This document shows positions 1 through 9,616 of a DNA stretch of 64,000 nt, piece by piece. Origin of the DNA: Chitinophagaceae bacterium. Lineage in GTDB: Bacteria; Bacteroidota; Bacteroidia; Chitinophagales; Chitinophagaceae. A model generated the notes under the pieces. That model had not been told where the DNA came from and made no database searches. It saw only the letters and a list, made by a program, of their open reading frames with translations. The position numbers and the translations under genes are program-made. The first letter of the stretch is position 1. The number at the start of each line of letters is the position of its first letter. The stretch covers positions 190-64,189 of the forward strand of contig JAJAYD010000114.1 in assembly GCA_026786345.1 (NCBI GenBank), written 5' to 3'.

Positions 1-235
1 AAAATTTTATAAAGTACTTACCCGGTTTTACTTTTTCGAATAAATATTCACCAAGCCTGTCACTTACGGCAGCTTTGTATAGCGAGCTATCCTTTGCTTG
101 TAGTATTGTTACGGTTGCAGCTTCTATTGGTTTGCCGCTTTTATCTTGTATAGTTCCTTTAACTGAAGTGCCGTTTTGCGAGAAACCCGTGAAAGCAAAA
201 AGCAGTAAAACAACAAACGTAAATATCAATTTCAT
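1..235 (-). CDS. 5' part of a TonB-dependent receptor / outer-membrane barrel protein with an N-terminal carboxypeptidase-regulatory-like domain (runs off the window start)
   Basis: Not in the ORF track. Manual translation from ATG at 235: MKLIFTFVVLLLFAFTGFSQNGTSVKGTIQDKSGKPIEAATVTILQAKDSSLYKAAVSDRLGEYLFEKVKPGKYFIKF. This is a signal peptide plus the typical Bacteroidota 'G.I.D..GKPIE.ATV.L' domain. Confidence 0.75.
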   Translation of the reverse strand, partial: MKLIFTFVVLLLFAFTGFSQNGTSVKGTIQDKSGKPIEAATVTILQAKDSSLYKAAVSDRLGEYLFEKVKPGKYFIKF

Positions 236-397
236 ACCTTTTATATTTTGGTGAGGTAAAACTAAAAACACTCAGAACAGCACATTTGTTATAAATAGAT
301 AAGCGGTTATTATTGATGTTAGGAGAAACGACGGGGCTCAAAACAAAAACGGAACAAGCAATACTAAGCCGTACTATTTTATGTTGCTTTGCATGAT

Positions 398-1009
398 ATG
401 TACCTGGTAAAAACTCCGTGGTGGTTAAGAGCATTGTATCCATCACTTGTATGGAGCATTAAAACGGAATCCAAAGAATTGTACCTCACTTTTGATGATG
501 GACCCCACCCCAGTGCAACGCCTTTTGTATTAGATGCATTGGATCATTATAATGCTAAGGCCACCTTTTTTTGCATAGGTAAAAATGTATTGGAGCATTC
601 CGGAATTTTTCACCGCGTTATAGCAGAAGGGCATAGAACAGGCAATCATACGCACAACCATTTAAACGGATGGCAAACTGATGATAATGCATACAGCAAT
701 AATATCCACCATGCAGCAGGGCATATAAACAGTAATTTATTCAGGCCGCCCTATGGAAGAATAAAACGAAGCCAGGTAAAAGACCTTAATAAAGATTATA
801 AAATTATTATGTGGGATGTATTGAGCGGTGATTTTGATTCAGGTTTGCAGGCGCAGAAAAGCTTAGGATATGTTACGAGGTTTTCCAGGCCGGGTTCGAT
901 CATCGTATTTCACGATAGTGCAAAAGCTTTTAAAACCCTGCAGTTTGTATTGCCAAAAGTGTTGGATCATTTTTCCAGGCAAGGATATGTTTTTAAAACT
1001 ATACCCTAA
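398..1009 (+). CDS. Polysaccharide deacetylase (CE4/NodB family)
   Basis: Motifs LTFDDGP, GNHTHNH, FRPPYG and IIVFHD. ATG at 398 (MYLVKTPWW) is a more likely start than TTG at 389. Confidence 0.92.
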   Translation: MYLVKTPWWLRALYPSLVWSIKTESKELYLTFDDGPHPSATPFVLDALDHYNAKATFFCIGKNVLEHSGIFHRVIAEGHRTGNHTHNHLNGWQTDDNAYSNNIHHAAGHINSNLFRPPYGRIKRSQVKDLNKDYKIIMWDVLSGDFDSGLQAQKSLGYVTRFSRPGSIIVFHDSAKAFKTLQFVLPKVLDHFSRQGYVFKTIP

Positions 1010-1150
1010 GCAACATGATTTAAGAAGATGTTTTTTTGTAGCAGGTTGTTGGATGACAAACATTGGGGAGAATAAGGTAGGGGGATTACAACATTTTATG
1101 TATCGTCGTTCCATAATCTATAACAGCAGCACTTAGCATTGGACATGCTC

Positions 1151-1184
1151 AAAAAAAAGAGGGCCGGGGTAGAAACCCCAGCCC
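1151..1184 (-). terminator. Intrinsic terminator downstream of the lipoprotein gene
   Basis: Minus strand reads GGGCTGGGGT-TTCT-ACCCCGGCCC-TC-T8: a 10-bp stem with one G:U pair followed by a U-tract. Confidence 0.85.
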
Positions 1185-1244
1185 GTTTTTAATCCGTACC
1201 CTATGAAAACACTCTTTAATAATTCTAATCGCCATGACCTTTGC

Positions 1245-2147
1245 TTAATGCAAAGTGATGTTGTGTACCTGTCCGTTGATTGTTAGGGTAGCCTGGTCAT
1301 CACAAGACCCATTGCCATAGTCAAATAAACTCGTATTAGTATTCCTTGTAATTCTAATTTGTCCTTTTACTGCCCAACGGCAGGTAAATTTTCTAATGAT
1401 AGGTTCAACAATTGTAGAATTCCATTGTAAAGTTTTATCGTTATACTTTACTGTTCCGTTTGCCTCGCCACGTATGCTGTACACATCATCTTTTATAAAT
1501 TCCGGTGTGCCGTTTCCTTCTGTTTGCGTACGGGTTTTAGTATCGTTCCAGGCAACATAATTGCCACTGGGTTTGGTAAGCTTTCCATTTTCGACCCGCA
1601 CCGTAAAAATTCTATTATTGCTGGTGCTGTTGTTTTGTATAAAATGGTAACCCTCAACTTTTAAACTGTCAACATAATACCCATCAAAAGTTGTAGCAGC
1701 TTTGCTACCCGGTTCAATCATTCTGCCGGTAAAGACTGTTATAACCTTACCCCTGCGTATGTGGCCATCTTTGCCTGTGCAACCAGTTCCAAAATTTATT
1801 GTCACTGTTTTTGGAAAAGCTCCAGGTGCCAATGGTGTAACGGTTGTAGTAAAACATCTTGGGGTGCTGTCAACACCTTCAAACCTTGCCGATGTTTTAA
1901 CCGCCGAACGCCCATATATACCAATACTTCCTCCCAAACCAACTTCACTGTTTGTGCCCATTACATTGTCAAATACATCGTCGTAAAGAACAGTTGCCTC
2001 TGCATCGGATTCCGACGAAACAGTTGCTTGTTCCATCTCAAGTTTTGCTGCTACTTCGGTGTCGTTTGTTTTTTGACAAGCTGTAAACATTGCTGATGCA
2101 GTTAGCAAGGTTATAAACGCCAGACGTACGTTTTTTATTTTTTTCAT
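1245..2147 (-). CDS. Uncharacterised Bacteroidota lipoprotein
   Basis: 300-aa ORF with a basic N-terminus, hydrophobic stretch and lipobox-like FTAC. Beta-rich, with paired Cys motifs (NFGTGC, DYGNGSCD). Confidence 0.8.
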   Translation of the reverse strand: MKKIKNVRLAFITLLTASAMFTACQKTNDTEVAAKLEMEQATVSSESDAEATVLYDDVFDNVMGTNSEVGLGGSIGIYGRSAVKTSARFEGVDSTPRCFTTTVTPLAPGAFPKTVTINFGTGCTGKDGHIRRGKVITVFTGRMIEPGSKAATTFDGYYVDSLKVEGYHFIQNNSTSNNRIFTVRVENGKLTKPSGNYVAWNDTKTRTQTEGNGTPEFIKDDVYSIRGEANGTVKYNDKTLQWNSTIVEPIIRKFTCRWAVKGQIRITRNTNTSLFDYGNGSCDDQATLTINGQVHNITLH

Positions 2148-2248
2148 GTTACAATTAATTTTATTTTTTATTAATTAGGTTGTGGGTTGATTGACCAGCC
2201 TTGTTAACAAAGGTTTAATATCAACCCATAAAATCAGGATTTTATTGT

Positions 2249-3016
2249 ATGCAACTTATAGATACGCACTGCCATTTATATTTAAACGAATTTGATAACG
2301 ACAGGTATGAAGTGATGTCACGTGCAAAAAATGCAGGGGTTACAAAATTTTATCTTCCTTCCATTGATAGCACAACCATGGATGTAATGATGAAGATGGA
2401 AGGAGATTATCAAAATGAGTGTTTTGCCATGATAGGACTTCATCCTTGCTCTGTTAATGAATCTTATTTAGACGAATTGCAAAAGGTAGATCAATGGTTA
2501 CAGCAAAGAAAGTTTGTAGCACTGGGTGAAATTGGACTGGATTTTTATTGGGACAAAACTTTTACAAACGAGCAATATGCAGCCTTTAATCAACAGATGG
2601 AATGGGCCCTGGCGTATAACCTTCCAATTGTAATTCATACACGCCAGGCCATGCAAGAGACAATTGATGCGGTTAAACCCTTTGCAAAAAAAGGTTTAAC
2701 AGGTATTTTCCATTGTTTTGGAGATTCCCTTGAAGCTGCACAACAAATAATTAGTCTGGGTTTTTTGTTGGGTGTCGGCGGAGTAATTACTTATAAGAAT
2801 GCAGGACTTGCCCCGGTGCTGGAAGCTATTCCTTTAGAACATATGGTCCTGGAAACGGATGCACCATACTTATCCCCGGTTCCGCATAGAGGTAAAAGAA
2901 ATGAAAGCAGTTACATTTTTGCAATAGCGCAAAAACTGGCAGAAATAAAAAATGTGAGTGTTGAGGAAGTTGCTTTGGTTACCACCAGCAATGCTGAAAA
3001 AATATTCAATGCATAA
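2249..3016 (+). CDS. tatD: TatD-family DNase/hydrolase
   Basis: Motifs IDTHCH, GLHP, GEIGLD, IHTR, FHCF and LETDAPYL. Confidence 0.95.
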   Translation: MQLIDTHCHLYLNEFDNDRYEVMSRAKNAGVTKFYLPSIDSTTMDVMMKMEGDYQNECFAMIGLHPCSVNESYLDELQKVDQWLQQRKFVALGEIGLDFYWDKTFTNEQYAAFNQQMEWALAYNLPIVIHTRQAMQETIDAVKPFAKKGLTGIFHCFGDSLEAAQQIISLGFLLGVGGVITYKNAGLAPVLEAIPLEHMVLETDAPYLSPVPHRGKRNESSYIFAIAQKLAEIKNVSVEEVALVTTSNAEKIFNA

Positions 3017-3027
3017 TCTTCAACCCT

Positions 3028-3035
3028 TATTTTTG
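3028..3035 (+). promoter_or_regulatory. Bacteroidota sigma-A -7 element upstream of tRNA-Ser
   Basis: TATTTTTG matches TAnnTTTG and lies about 65 nt before the tRNA. Confidence 0.6.
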
Positions 3036-3099
3036 CAACCCCGTTTTTAAAAAGGTGATTCAAACTAACCTCGCAAAAAATTGGGCATCGTTAATTATT

Positions 3100-3186
3100 G
3101 GAGAGTTGTCCGAGTGGTTGAAGGAGCACGCCTGGAAAGTGTGTATACTCGTAAGGGTATCGAGGGTTCGAATCCCTCACTCTCCG
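3100..3186 (+). tRNA. tRNA-Ser(GGA)
   Basis: Acceptor stem GGAGAGT/ACTCTCC, D arm TCCGAGTGGTTGAAGGA, anticodon arm CACGC-CTGGAAA-GTGTG, long variable arm, T arm GAGGG-TTCGAAT-CCCTC, discriminator G. CCA is not encoded. Confidence 0.97.
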
Positions 3187-3707
3187 CTTAAGTATCTTAT
3201 TTTTTTTGTTTTTCCCCCTCTGTTAAAAAGTTTGCAACTTCTTTTATTATGTATTAATATTATAGGGGTTTCAAAAAACAAACTTATAATTTGATGCTGA
3301 GTTGATTCAGTATGCTGCAACTTTTTCATATGAAAAAGAAAATTTATATTGTTTTTTGCTTAAAAAAATTAGAAAAAGCTTAAACTCATTTCAGCAAAAG
3401 GTTTTTTGCAACCTTTTGTAAAAGCCCATTGTCTTGAATGTTCGTAATCTAATGAACTGAATTTTAAGATGGATTGAAATCCAAGCAATCTCTTTTCCTA
3501 TTCTTACAAACCACCCAATCCACATTCTCTGAATGCAAGTTTTTGTCTGAAAGTACATTCAGTACACGATTTCTTTTTATTACGTACCCAATGCGTAGAC
3601 GAGCGAATCGTTGATTGAAAGTTCTAAAGGAATAAGCTTTATTTACCCAATGGCACTTTGCGAGGGTAAATAATTTTTTTGTTGAATTAATACCAATACT
3701 AACTAAT

Positions 3708-6700
3708 ATGAGCTTTTTACCAGGCCTGGCCGTGCCGTGCAAATACCATAGCACGTCACGCACCGAAAAACTACAAGCAACTTTATTTGGGTATAAAACC
3801 CTGGTTTTGTTTACAAGTATTTTACTTCTTTTTAACTCCAATCTTTTTTCGCAAAATGCAATTGTTGCCGAAAATGCTTTACCTGGCAACCCGGCATCTC
3901 AATGGGATATAGCCGGGGCCGGAGACCAATCGATACAAGGTTTCGGCACCGAGTTAAGCGTAAACAAGGGGCAAACAATCCGCTTTAAAATTGCAACTGA
4001 TGCCTCTAATTATACAATAGCAGTATATAGAATTGGATATTACCAGGGTAACGGGGCCAGGTTAGTAGGTACCGGATTAATAACGGCTGTTCTACCACAA
4101 ATACAACCCACGCCTTTATATGAAGCTGCAACAGGTAAAACAGATTGTAGCAATTGGCAAGAGTCGGGCAATTGGGCAGTACCTGCAGATGCAGTTTCGG
4201 GTGTATATATTGCCAAATTAACACGGGGAGATAACGGTGGATCGAGCCATATAATTTTTATAGTAAGAAATGATGCAAGTACTTCAAATTTATTGTACAA
4301 GACTTCGGATGCAACCTGGCAGGCGTATAATAACTTTGGAGGAAACTGTTTTTATGGTTATTTATCTTCTACTCCCGTACCGGGTTTTGAGCAGGCTGTT
4401 AAGGTAAGTTACAACCGACCGTTTAGTACAAGAAGTGGAAGGGTTGGCCTTGGCCAAAGGGAAAGTTTTTTCTTTAATGCCGAGTATGCTATGATCCGGT
4501 GGCTTGAAAGAAATGGTTACGAAGTTTCGTACACTACCCAATTAGATATTTCCAAAACAACAACACCCATTACTACTTCAGCAAACAAAGTGTTACTATC
4601 AGTAGGTCATGATGAATATTGGTCGGCTGAGGAAAGAAAAATATTTGAAGATGCAAGAGCCGGAGGTGTAAACCTGGCTTTTTTTAGTGGAAATGAAGTT
4701 TCATGGAAAACCAGGTGGGAGGATAATTATAGAACTTTAGTATGTTATAAGGAAGGTGGTCAAGGCGAATATTCGTGTGTTGGTAAGTGTGATCCAATAG
4801 TAAATGTCTGGACAGGTCAGTGGAGTTCTGGTTGTTCGTACCCATTAGCAGATGGATGTAAACCAGAAAATGCACTTACTGGCCAAAAAGGTGCAGGTGC
4901 TGAGCTTTCAACTAGTGCTATAAAAGTGCCTTACGATCTTAGAAATCTTCGTTTTTGGAGAAATACTTCAGTTCAGGCTTTAAATCCCGGAGAAACTTTA
5001 TCGTTGGCCTCAGGTTCATTAGGTTATGAATGGGATATTGATGCACCATCATCTACTTATCCAATGGGTCGTTTTGGTTTATCCAAGACTACAATAAATG
5101 GTTTAGACCATAAATTGTCCTTATACCGTCATCCGAACGGGGCATTGGTATTTGGTGCAGGTACAATTTATTGGTCGTATGGGCTTGACCAAATTCATGA
5201 TATTAACTCTTCCATAGAAGATAAAAACATGCAGCAGGCCACAGTTAATCTTTTTGCTGATATGGGCGTGCAACCGGGAAGCATACAATCAAACTTAGTT
5301 GCAGCAACGTCATCGTCTGATGCTCAGCCTCCGGTGTCAACAGTAAATCCTTTGGAAGCCGGCGTAGCCCCCTCAAAAGGGCAGGCAGTTGTTATTACAG
5401 GTACTGCTGCCGATTTTGGCGGTGGTGCCGTAGGTGGAATAGAAATATCTACCGATGGAGGGCTTACCTGGGCTAGTGCAAATGGAACCGAAAATTGGAG
5501 CTATAATTTTATACCGGTCACGGCCGGTGAATTCGACGTTATCTTCAGATCGGTCGACGATCTTGGCAATATTGAAACACTTAAGCCGTCTAATAAAATA
5601 ACTATTTCCGTTTTACCAAGTGCCCTTCCAAGTACCATTTTTAAACCAACAGATGCACCAACAACTACACGCAACGATGGTAAACCTATTGAGGTGGGGC
5701 TTAAATTTAAGTCAAACTTAAATGGCCAAATCAAAAGCATTCGCTATTATAAAAGCGCGGGAAATACGGGTACTATTATTGGTCATTTGTGGCAGACCAC
5801 CGGAACGAGATCCGGCAATTTGCTTTCAGAAGTAACTTTTACCAATCAAACTGCATCGGGATGGCAGGAGAAGCTATTGCCGACGCCTGTATCCATCACC
5901 GCAGGTCAAACATATTCGGTTTCTACCTATAGCTCAAGCGGAGATTATAGTTTTACACGGCCTTATTTTTCAACCGAAAAATTGTCATATCCGTTGGTAG
6001 GTCTGGCCGATAAAACAGGAGACGGTAATGGCGTTTATAACTACACCTTTGGCACTTCGCCTGTGTATCCATATCCATACCTTAGTTATCAGCAATCCAA
6101 TTATTGGGTGGATGTGGTTTTTGAGGATGCACAGGTTTTAGTTTTACCCGTTGTTGTCACCAATCCTACATTAAAAACAATTTGTGAAGGAGCGCAGGTG
6201 GCTTTTAACGCTGAGGCCACAAGCACCGAACCCGTTACTATTCAATGGAAGGTTAGTTCAAATAATATAACCTGGATTAACATCCCCGGCGCAACAGCCC
6301 AAATACTCACTTTTACAACTACCCTTGCTGATAACGGCAAGTATTACAGAGCGGCATTTACCAATAGTGCAGGTACCGTTTATTCCAGGCCAGCTACGTT
6401 AACAGTGGCCAAAGTTTCTGCAATTATTACTACTCAAACTAACCCTGGTTGTAAAGGAACCGACGGAATAATAGAGCTAATTGCAAGTGGGGGCCTTTCT
6501 CCGTACACGTTTAGTATTAACGGAACAGTTTACCAATCATTACCCCTATTTAATAACTTAAGTAGCGGCATTTATAGCTTAAACGTGAAGGATAATAGCG
6601 GATGTACAACAATCATTCCCAATGTTGTACTTTCTCAGGTACCACCTTTAAGCTTATCATCAGCAATAAAATCAGATGTAAGCTGCATCGGAAATGACGG

Positions 6701-9557
6701 ATCCATGACGCTTACTGCTATGGGCGGTACTGCACCGCTGACTTATAGTAAAGATGGCATCACCTACCAGGCACCAAATGTATTTGGTAACCTGTTGCCT
6801 CGAACTTATTCGGTTAGTGTTAAAGATGCCAGAGGGTGTTTGTCTTCATCACTTCCGGTAGTTATAGCAGATTATCAATCTTTAATTTTATCATTAGCAT
6901 CAAAATCTGATATAGGCTGCATTGGAAATGACGGATCCATCACGCTTACTGCTACGGGCGGTATCGCACCGCTGACTTATAGTAACGATGGCATCAATTA
7001 CCAATCATCAAATGTGTTTAGTAACCTGTTGCCTGCAACTTATACGGTTACTGCTAAAGATGCCAAAGGGTGTTTATCTTCATCACTGCCGGTAGTTATA
7101 GCAGCTTATCAACTTTTAAATTTATCATTAGCATCAAAATCCGATGTAGGCTGCATTGGAAATGACGGATCCATCACTGTTGCTGCTTCCGGTGGAATTT
7201 CACCGTTTACATATAGTAGAGATGGCATCAATTATCAATCATCAAATGTGTTCGGTAGCCTGTTGCCTGGAACCTATATAGTTACTGTTAAGGATGTAAA
7301 TGGGTGCGTTTCTACCTCATTTCCGGTAATTATAGCAGCTTACCAACTTTTAAATTTATCAATAACATCAAAATCCGATGTAAGCTGCATTGGAAATGAA
7401 GGATCTATCACGCTTATTGCTACGGGCGGTACTGCACCGCTGACTTATAGTAAAGATGGCATCACTTACCAGGCATCAAACGTGTTTGGTAACTTGCTGG
7501 CCGGAACTTATACGGTTACTGTTAAAGATGCCAAAGGGTGTTTGTCTTCATCACTTCCGGTGGTAATAGCAGCTTATCAACCTTTAAATTTCTCAATAGC
7601 ATCAAAATCGGATGCAACCTGCATCGGAAATGACGGATCCATTATCCTTGCTTCCAGCGGAGGAGTAGCACCTTATTCCTACAGTTTAAACGGGGGTAGT
7701 TTTCAGACTGGAAACAGTTTTACAGCACTGGCACCAAATACTTACAACGTTACCGTCAAAGATGCTAAAGGTTGTACTGCAATTGTATCCGGAATTGTTA
7801 TAAATAAAATTAATACGCTAACGCTGCAATTGTTGTCTACAGCCAATGTTACTTGTGTTAATACGGATGGTACTATAGCGGTTACTGCTTCTGGAGGCGT
7901 TATTCCCTATACGTACAGCATCAATGGTGTTATTTATCAAACCAGTAATATTTTTAATGGTCTTGCGCCCGGAATATATACTGTCACCGTAAAAGATGGA
8001 AAGGGTTGTACTGCCAATGTTACAGGCATAGTTATAGGAGTAAACAATGTACTTTCCCTAACGATTTCAAGTAAAACAGATGCTACTTGTGGGTTAAGTG
8101 ACGGTAAAATAGTAGTTACAGGCTCTTGCGGGGTACCGCCGTACAGGTATGTGTTAAGTACAGGAATATATCAGACAACGGGCACTTTTAGCAACCTGGC
8201 TGCTGGTATTTATAACGTTTATATAATCGACTCCAAGGACAGTAGTGCTGTTGTTTCGGGAATAGTTATATCAGAAATTAAAACGCTTACATTAAATGCA
8301 TCTTCAATTGTAGGCGAAAACTGTACTGCACTCGATGGGTCTGTTACAGTTGCAGCAAGTGGAGGCAAAAGCCCTTATCAATACAAATTGGGAAGTGGAA
8401 TATATAGGACAAGTAATGTTTTTACAAACCTTGGGGTTGGTAGTTATAATTTAACAGTAAAGGATTATAATGGATGCACCACAACCCTGTCTGTAACTGT
8501 TCCAAAATTGGCCTTTACTTTAGCTTTAGCAGTTACAGTCAAAGCAAATGCAACCTGCAAAGGTTTAGATGGATCAATTACAGTTAATGGAACGGGTGGC
8601 GCAGGTTCTTATTCATATAGCCTGAACGGGGGAACCTATCAATCGGCTAATACCTTCAATAATTTGATTGAAGGTGCTTATTCTGTTACCGTTAAAGACA
8701 GTAAAGGCTGTACAGTAATCGTTTCCAACATTATTTTACTACGAATTTCTTTTATAGCAACCCTGGATAGTGTAACAGATGTTAGTTGTAAAGGCAATGA
8801 CGGATCTATTGCTTTGACAAGTGTTGGTGGTACAGCACCCTACACCTACAGTTTAAATGGAGGTAAATATGAAAAAGCAACCAATACATTATTCAATTTA
8901 AAACCCGGAACTTACTATGTTACTGTAAAAGATACGTACGGATGCATATCTGTAGTAAGAGACATAGTTATAATAAAGGCTCCAACATTAAGCGGTACAG
9001 TCACGTCAAAAACAAATGCGTGTAGCAATATAAATAACGGTTCCATTACCACCACTGCTACCGGTGGAATTGCCCCTTATCAATTTAGTTTGAACGGAGG
9101 AGCATATCAAACTTCGAACACATACTCGAACCTTGCACCCGGAAGTTATTCCGTAAAAATTAAGGATGCCAAGGGATGTTTATTTACGCTGTCGGGTATT
9201 ACAATTACCAGGCTAACAACAACCTGTAGCGGGAGAGGTACAGATGCTTATACAATTGGTTCTGTAAAAACAAAAGATGTTGTTTTTGAAAAGGGGATCG
9301 AGGAAAAGGCAACAATGTCCATCTTCCCAAATCCATCTGTGGGAAGTTTTAAATTGAATATTAGAGGCCTAAACGGAAACAAAGCAAATATTGTTATCGT
9401 GGATGCACTTGGAAAGGAAATTTATAAAGTTCAAACGAATATCAGCTCAGATGTTACCATGCTTCCAATAAACCTGGATCGGATTCATAAAGGTGTTTAC
9501 TTTATTAAACTCAGTACAAACAAATTTAGCATGACTGAAAAGTTGGTTATTTATTAG
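3708..9557 (+). CDS. Large T9SS-secreted protein: N,N-dimethylformamidase beta-subunit-like domain, Ig-like domain, DUF4082, Ig, many SprB-like repeats, T9SS type A C-terminal domain
   Basis: Signal-peptide-like LFTSILLLFNSNLFSQ. Head motifs TWQAYN, VSYNRP, SVGHDEYWS, FSGNE and VFGAGT. DUF4082-like 'IEVGLKF...SGWQE...NYWVDVVF'. Repeats of 'C.G.DGSI...GG..PYTYS.NG...F..L..G.Y.V.VKD..GC'. C-terminal 'IFPNP...GVYFIKL...EKLVIY'. Confidence 0.85.
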   Translation: MSFLPGLAVPCKYHSTSRTEKLQATLFGYKTLVLFTSILLLFNSNLFSQNAIVAENALPGNPASQWDIAGAGDQSIQGFGTELSVNKGQTIRFKIATDASNYTIAVYRIGYYQGNGARLVGTGLITAVLPQIQPTPLYEAATGKTDCSNWQESGNWAVPADAVSGVYIAKLTRGDNGGSSHIIFIVRNDASTSNLLYKTSDATWQAYNNFGGNCFYGYLSSTPVPGFEQAVKVSYNRPFSTRSGRVGLGQRESFFFNAEYAMIRWLERNGYEVSYTTQLDISKTTTPITTSANKVLLSVGHDEYWSAEERKIFEDARAGGVNLAFFSGNEVSWKTRWEDNYRTLVCYKEGGQGEYSCVGKCDPIVNVWTGQWSSGCSYPLADGCKPENALTGQKGAGAELSTSAIKVPYDLRNLRFWRNTSVQALNPGETLSLASGSLGYEWDIDAPSSTYPMGRFGLSKTTINGLDHKLSLYRHPNGALVFGAGTIYWSYGLDQIHDINSSIEDKNMQQATVNLFADMGVQPGSIQSNLVAATSSSDAQPPVSTVNPLEAGVAPSKGQAVVITGTAADFGGGAVGGIEISTDGGLTWASANGTENWSYNFIPVTAGEFDVIFRSVDDLGNIETLKPSNKITISVLPSALPSTIFKPTDAPTTTRNDGKPIEVGLKFKSNLNGQIKSIRYYKSAGNTGTIIGHLWQTTGTRSGNLLSEVTFTNQTASGWQEKLLPTPVSITAGQTYSVSTYSSSGDYSFTRPYFSTEKLSYPLVGLADKTGDGNGVYNYTFGTSPVYPYPYLSYQQSNYWVDVVFEDAQVLVLPVVVTNPTLKTICEGAQVAFNAEATSTEPVTIQWKVSSNNITWINIPGATAQILTFTTTLADNGKYYRAAFTNSAGTVYSRPATLTVAKVSAIITTQTNPGCKGTDGIIELIASGGLSPYTFSINGTVYQSLPLFNNLSSGIYSLNVKDNSGCTTIIPNVVLSQVPPLSLSSAIKSDVSCIGNDGSMTLTAMGGTAPLTYSKDGITYQAPNVFGNLLPRTYSVSVKDARGCLSSSLPVVIADYQSLILSLASKSDIGCIGNDGSITLTATGGIAPLTYSNDGINYQSSNVFSNLLPATYTVTAKDAKGCLSSSLPVVIAAYQLLNLSLASKSDVGCIGNDGSITVAASGGISPFTYSRDGINYQSSNVFGSLLPGTYIVTVKDVNGCVSTSFPVIIAAYQLLNLSITSKSDVSCIGNEGSITLIATGGTAPLTYSKDGITYQASNVFGNLLAGTYTVTVKDAKGCLSSSLPVVIAAYQPLNFSIASKSDATCIGNDGSIILASSGGVAPYSYSLNGGSFQTGNSFTALAPNTYNVTVKDAKGCTAIVSGIVINKINTLTLQLLSTANVTCVNTDGTIAVTASGGVIPYTYSINGVIYQTSNIFNGLAPGIYTVTVKDGKGCTANVTGIVIGVNNVLSLTISSKTDATCGLSDGKIVVTGSCGVPPYRYVLSTGIYQTTGTFSNLAAGIYNVYIIDSKDSSAVVSGIVISEIKTLTLNASSIVGENCTALDGSVTVAASGGKSPYQYKLGSGIYRTSNVFTNLGVGSYNLTVKDYNGCTTTLSVTVPKLAFTLALAVTVKANATCKGLDGSITVNGTGGAGSYSYSLNGGTYQSANTFNNLIEGAYSVTVKDSKGCTVIVSNIILLRISFIATLDSVTDVSCKGNDGSIALTSVGGTAPYTYSLNGGKYEKATNTLFNLKPGTYYVTVKDTYGCISVVRDIVIIKAPTLSGTVTSKTNACSNINNGSITTTATGGIAPYQFSLNGGAYQTSNTYSNLAPGSYSVKIKDAKGCLFTLSGITITRLTTTCSGRGTDAYTIGSVKTKDVVFEKGIEEKATMSIFPNPSVGSFKLNIRGLNGNKANIVIVDALGKEIYKVQTNISSDVTMLPINLDRIHKGVYFIKLSTNKFSMTEKLVIY
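6660..7650 (+). repeat. Intragenic tandem repeat with a 234-bp (78-aa) unit; about 4 near-identical copies plus a partial fifth
   Basis: The anchor GGAAATGA recurs at 6690, 6924, 7158, 7392 and 7626 (exact 234-bp spacing) with high DNA identity between units. Confidence 0.9.
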
Positions 9558-9581
9558 AAAGTATTTTAGAATTGAATTCCG

Positions 9582-9616
9582 CAAGCCCTCTTACATAAAA
9601 GAGGGCTTGTAATTTT
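9582..9616 (+). terminator. Intrinsic terminator
   Basis: CAAGCCCTCTT-ACATAA-AAGAGGGCTTG followed by TAATTTTT. Confidence 0.75.

Noticed and set aside
159-446. 95-aa minus-strand ORF, and the many short antisense or alternate-frame ORFs inside long genes across the window
   Set aside because: No recognisable motifs, and they overlap well-supported genes. The real minus-strand gene here starts at 235 in another frame.
3055-3294. 79-aa ORF
   Set aside because: It overlaps tRNA-Ser and is a shadow ORF.
3160-3300. Integrative element or prophage at tRNA-Ser
   Set aside because: No integrase and no repeat of the tRNA 3' end was seen in the window. An attR beyond the window cannot be excluded.
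6660-7650. Regular repeats as a CRISPR array
   Set aside because: They are in-frame 234-bp coding repeats with no unique spacers and no cas genes.
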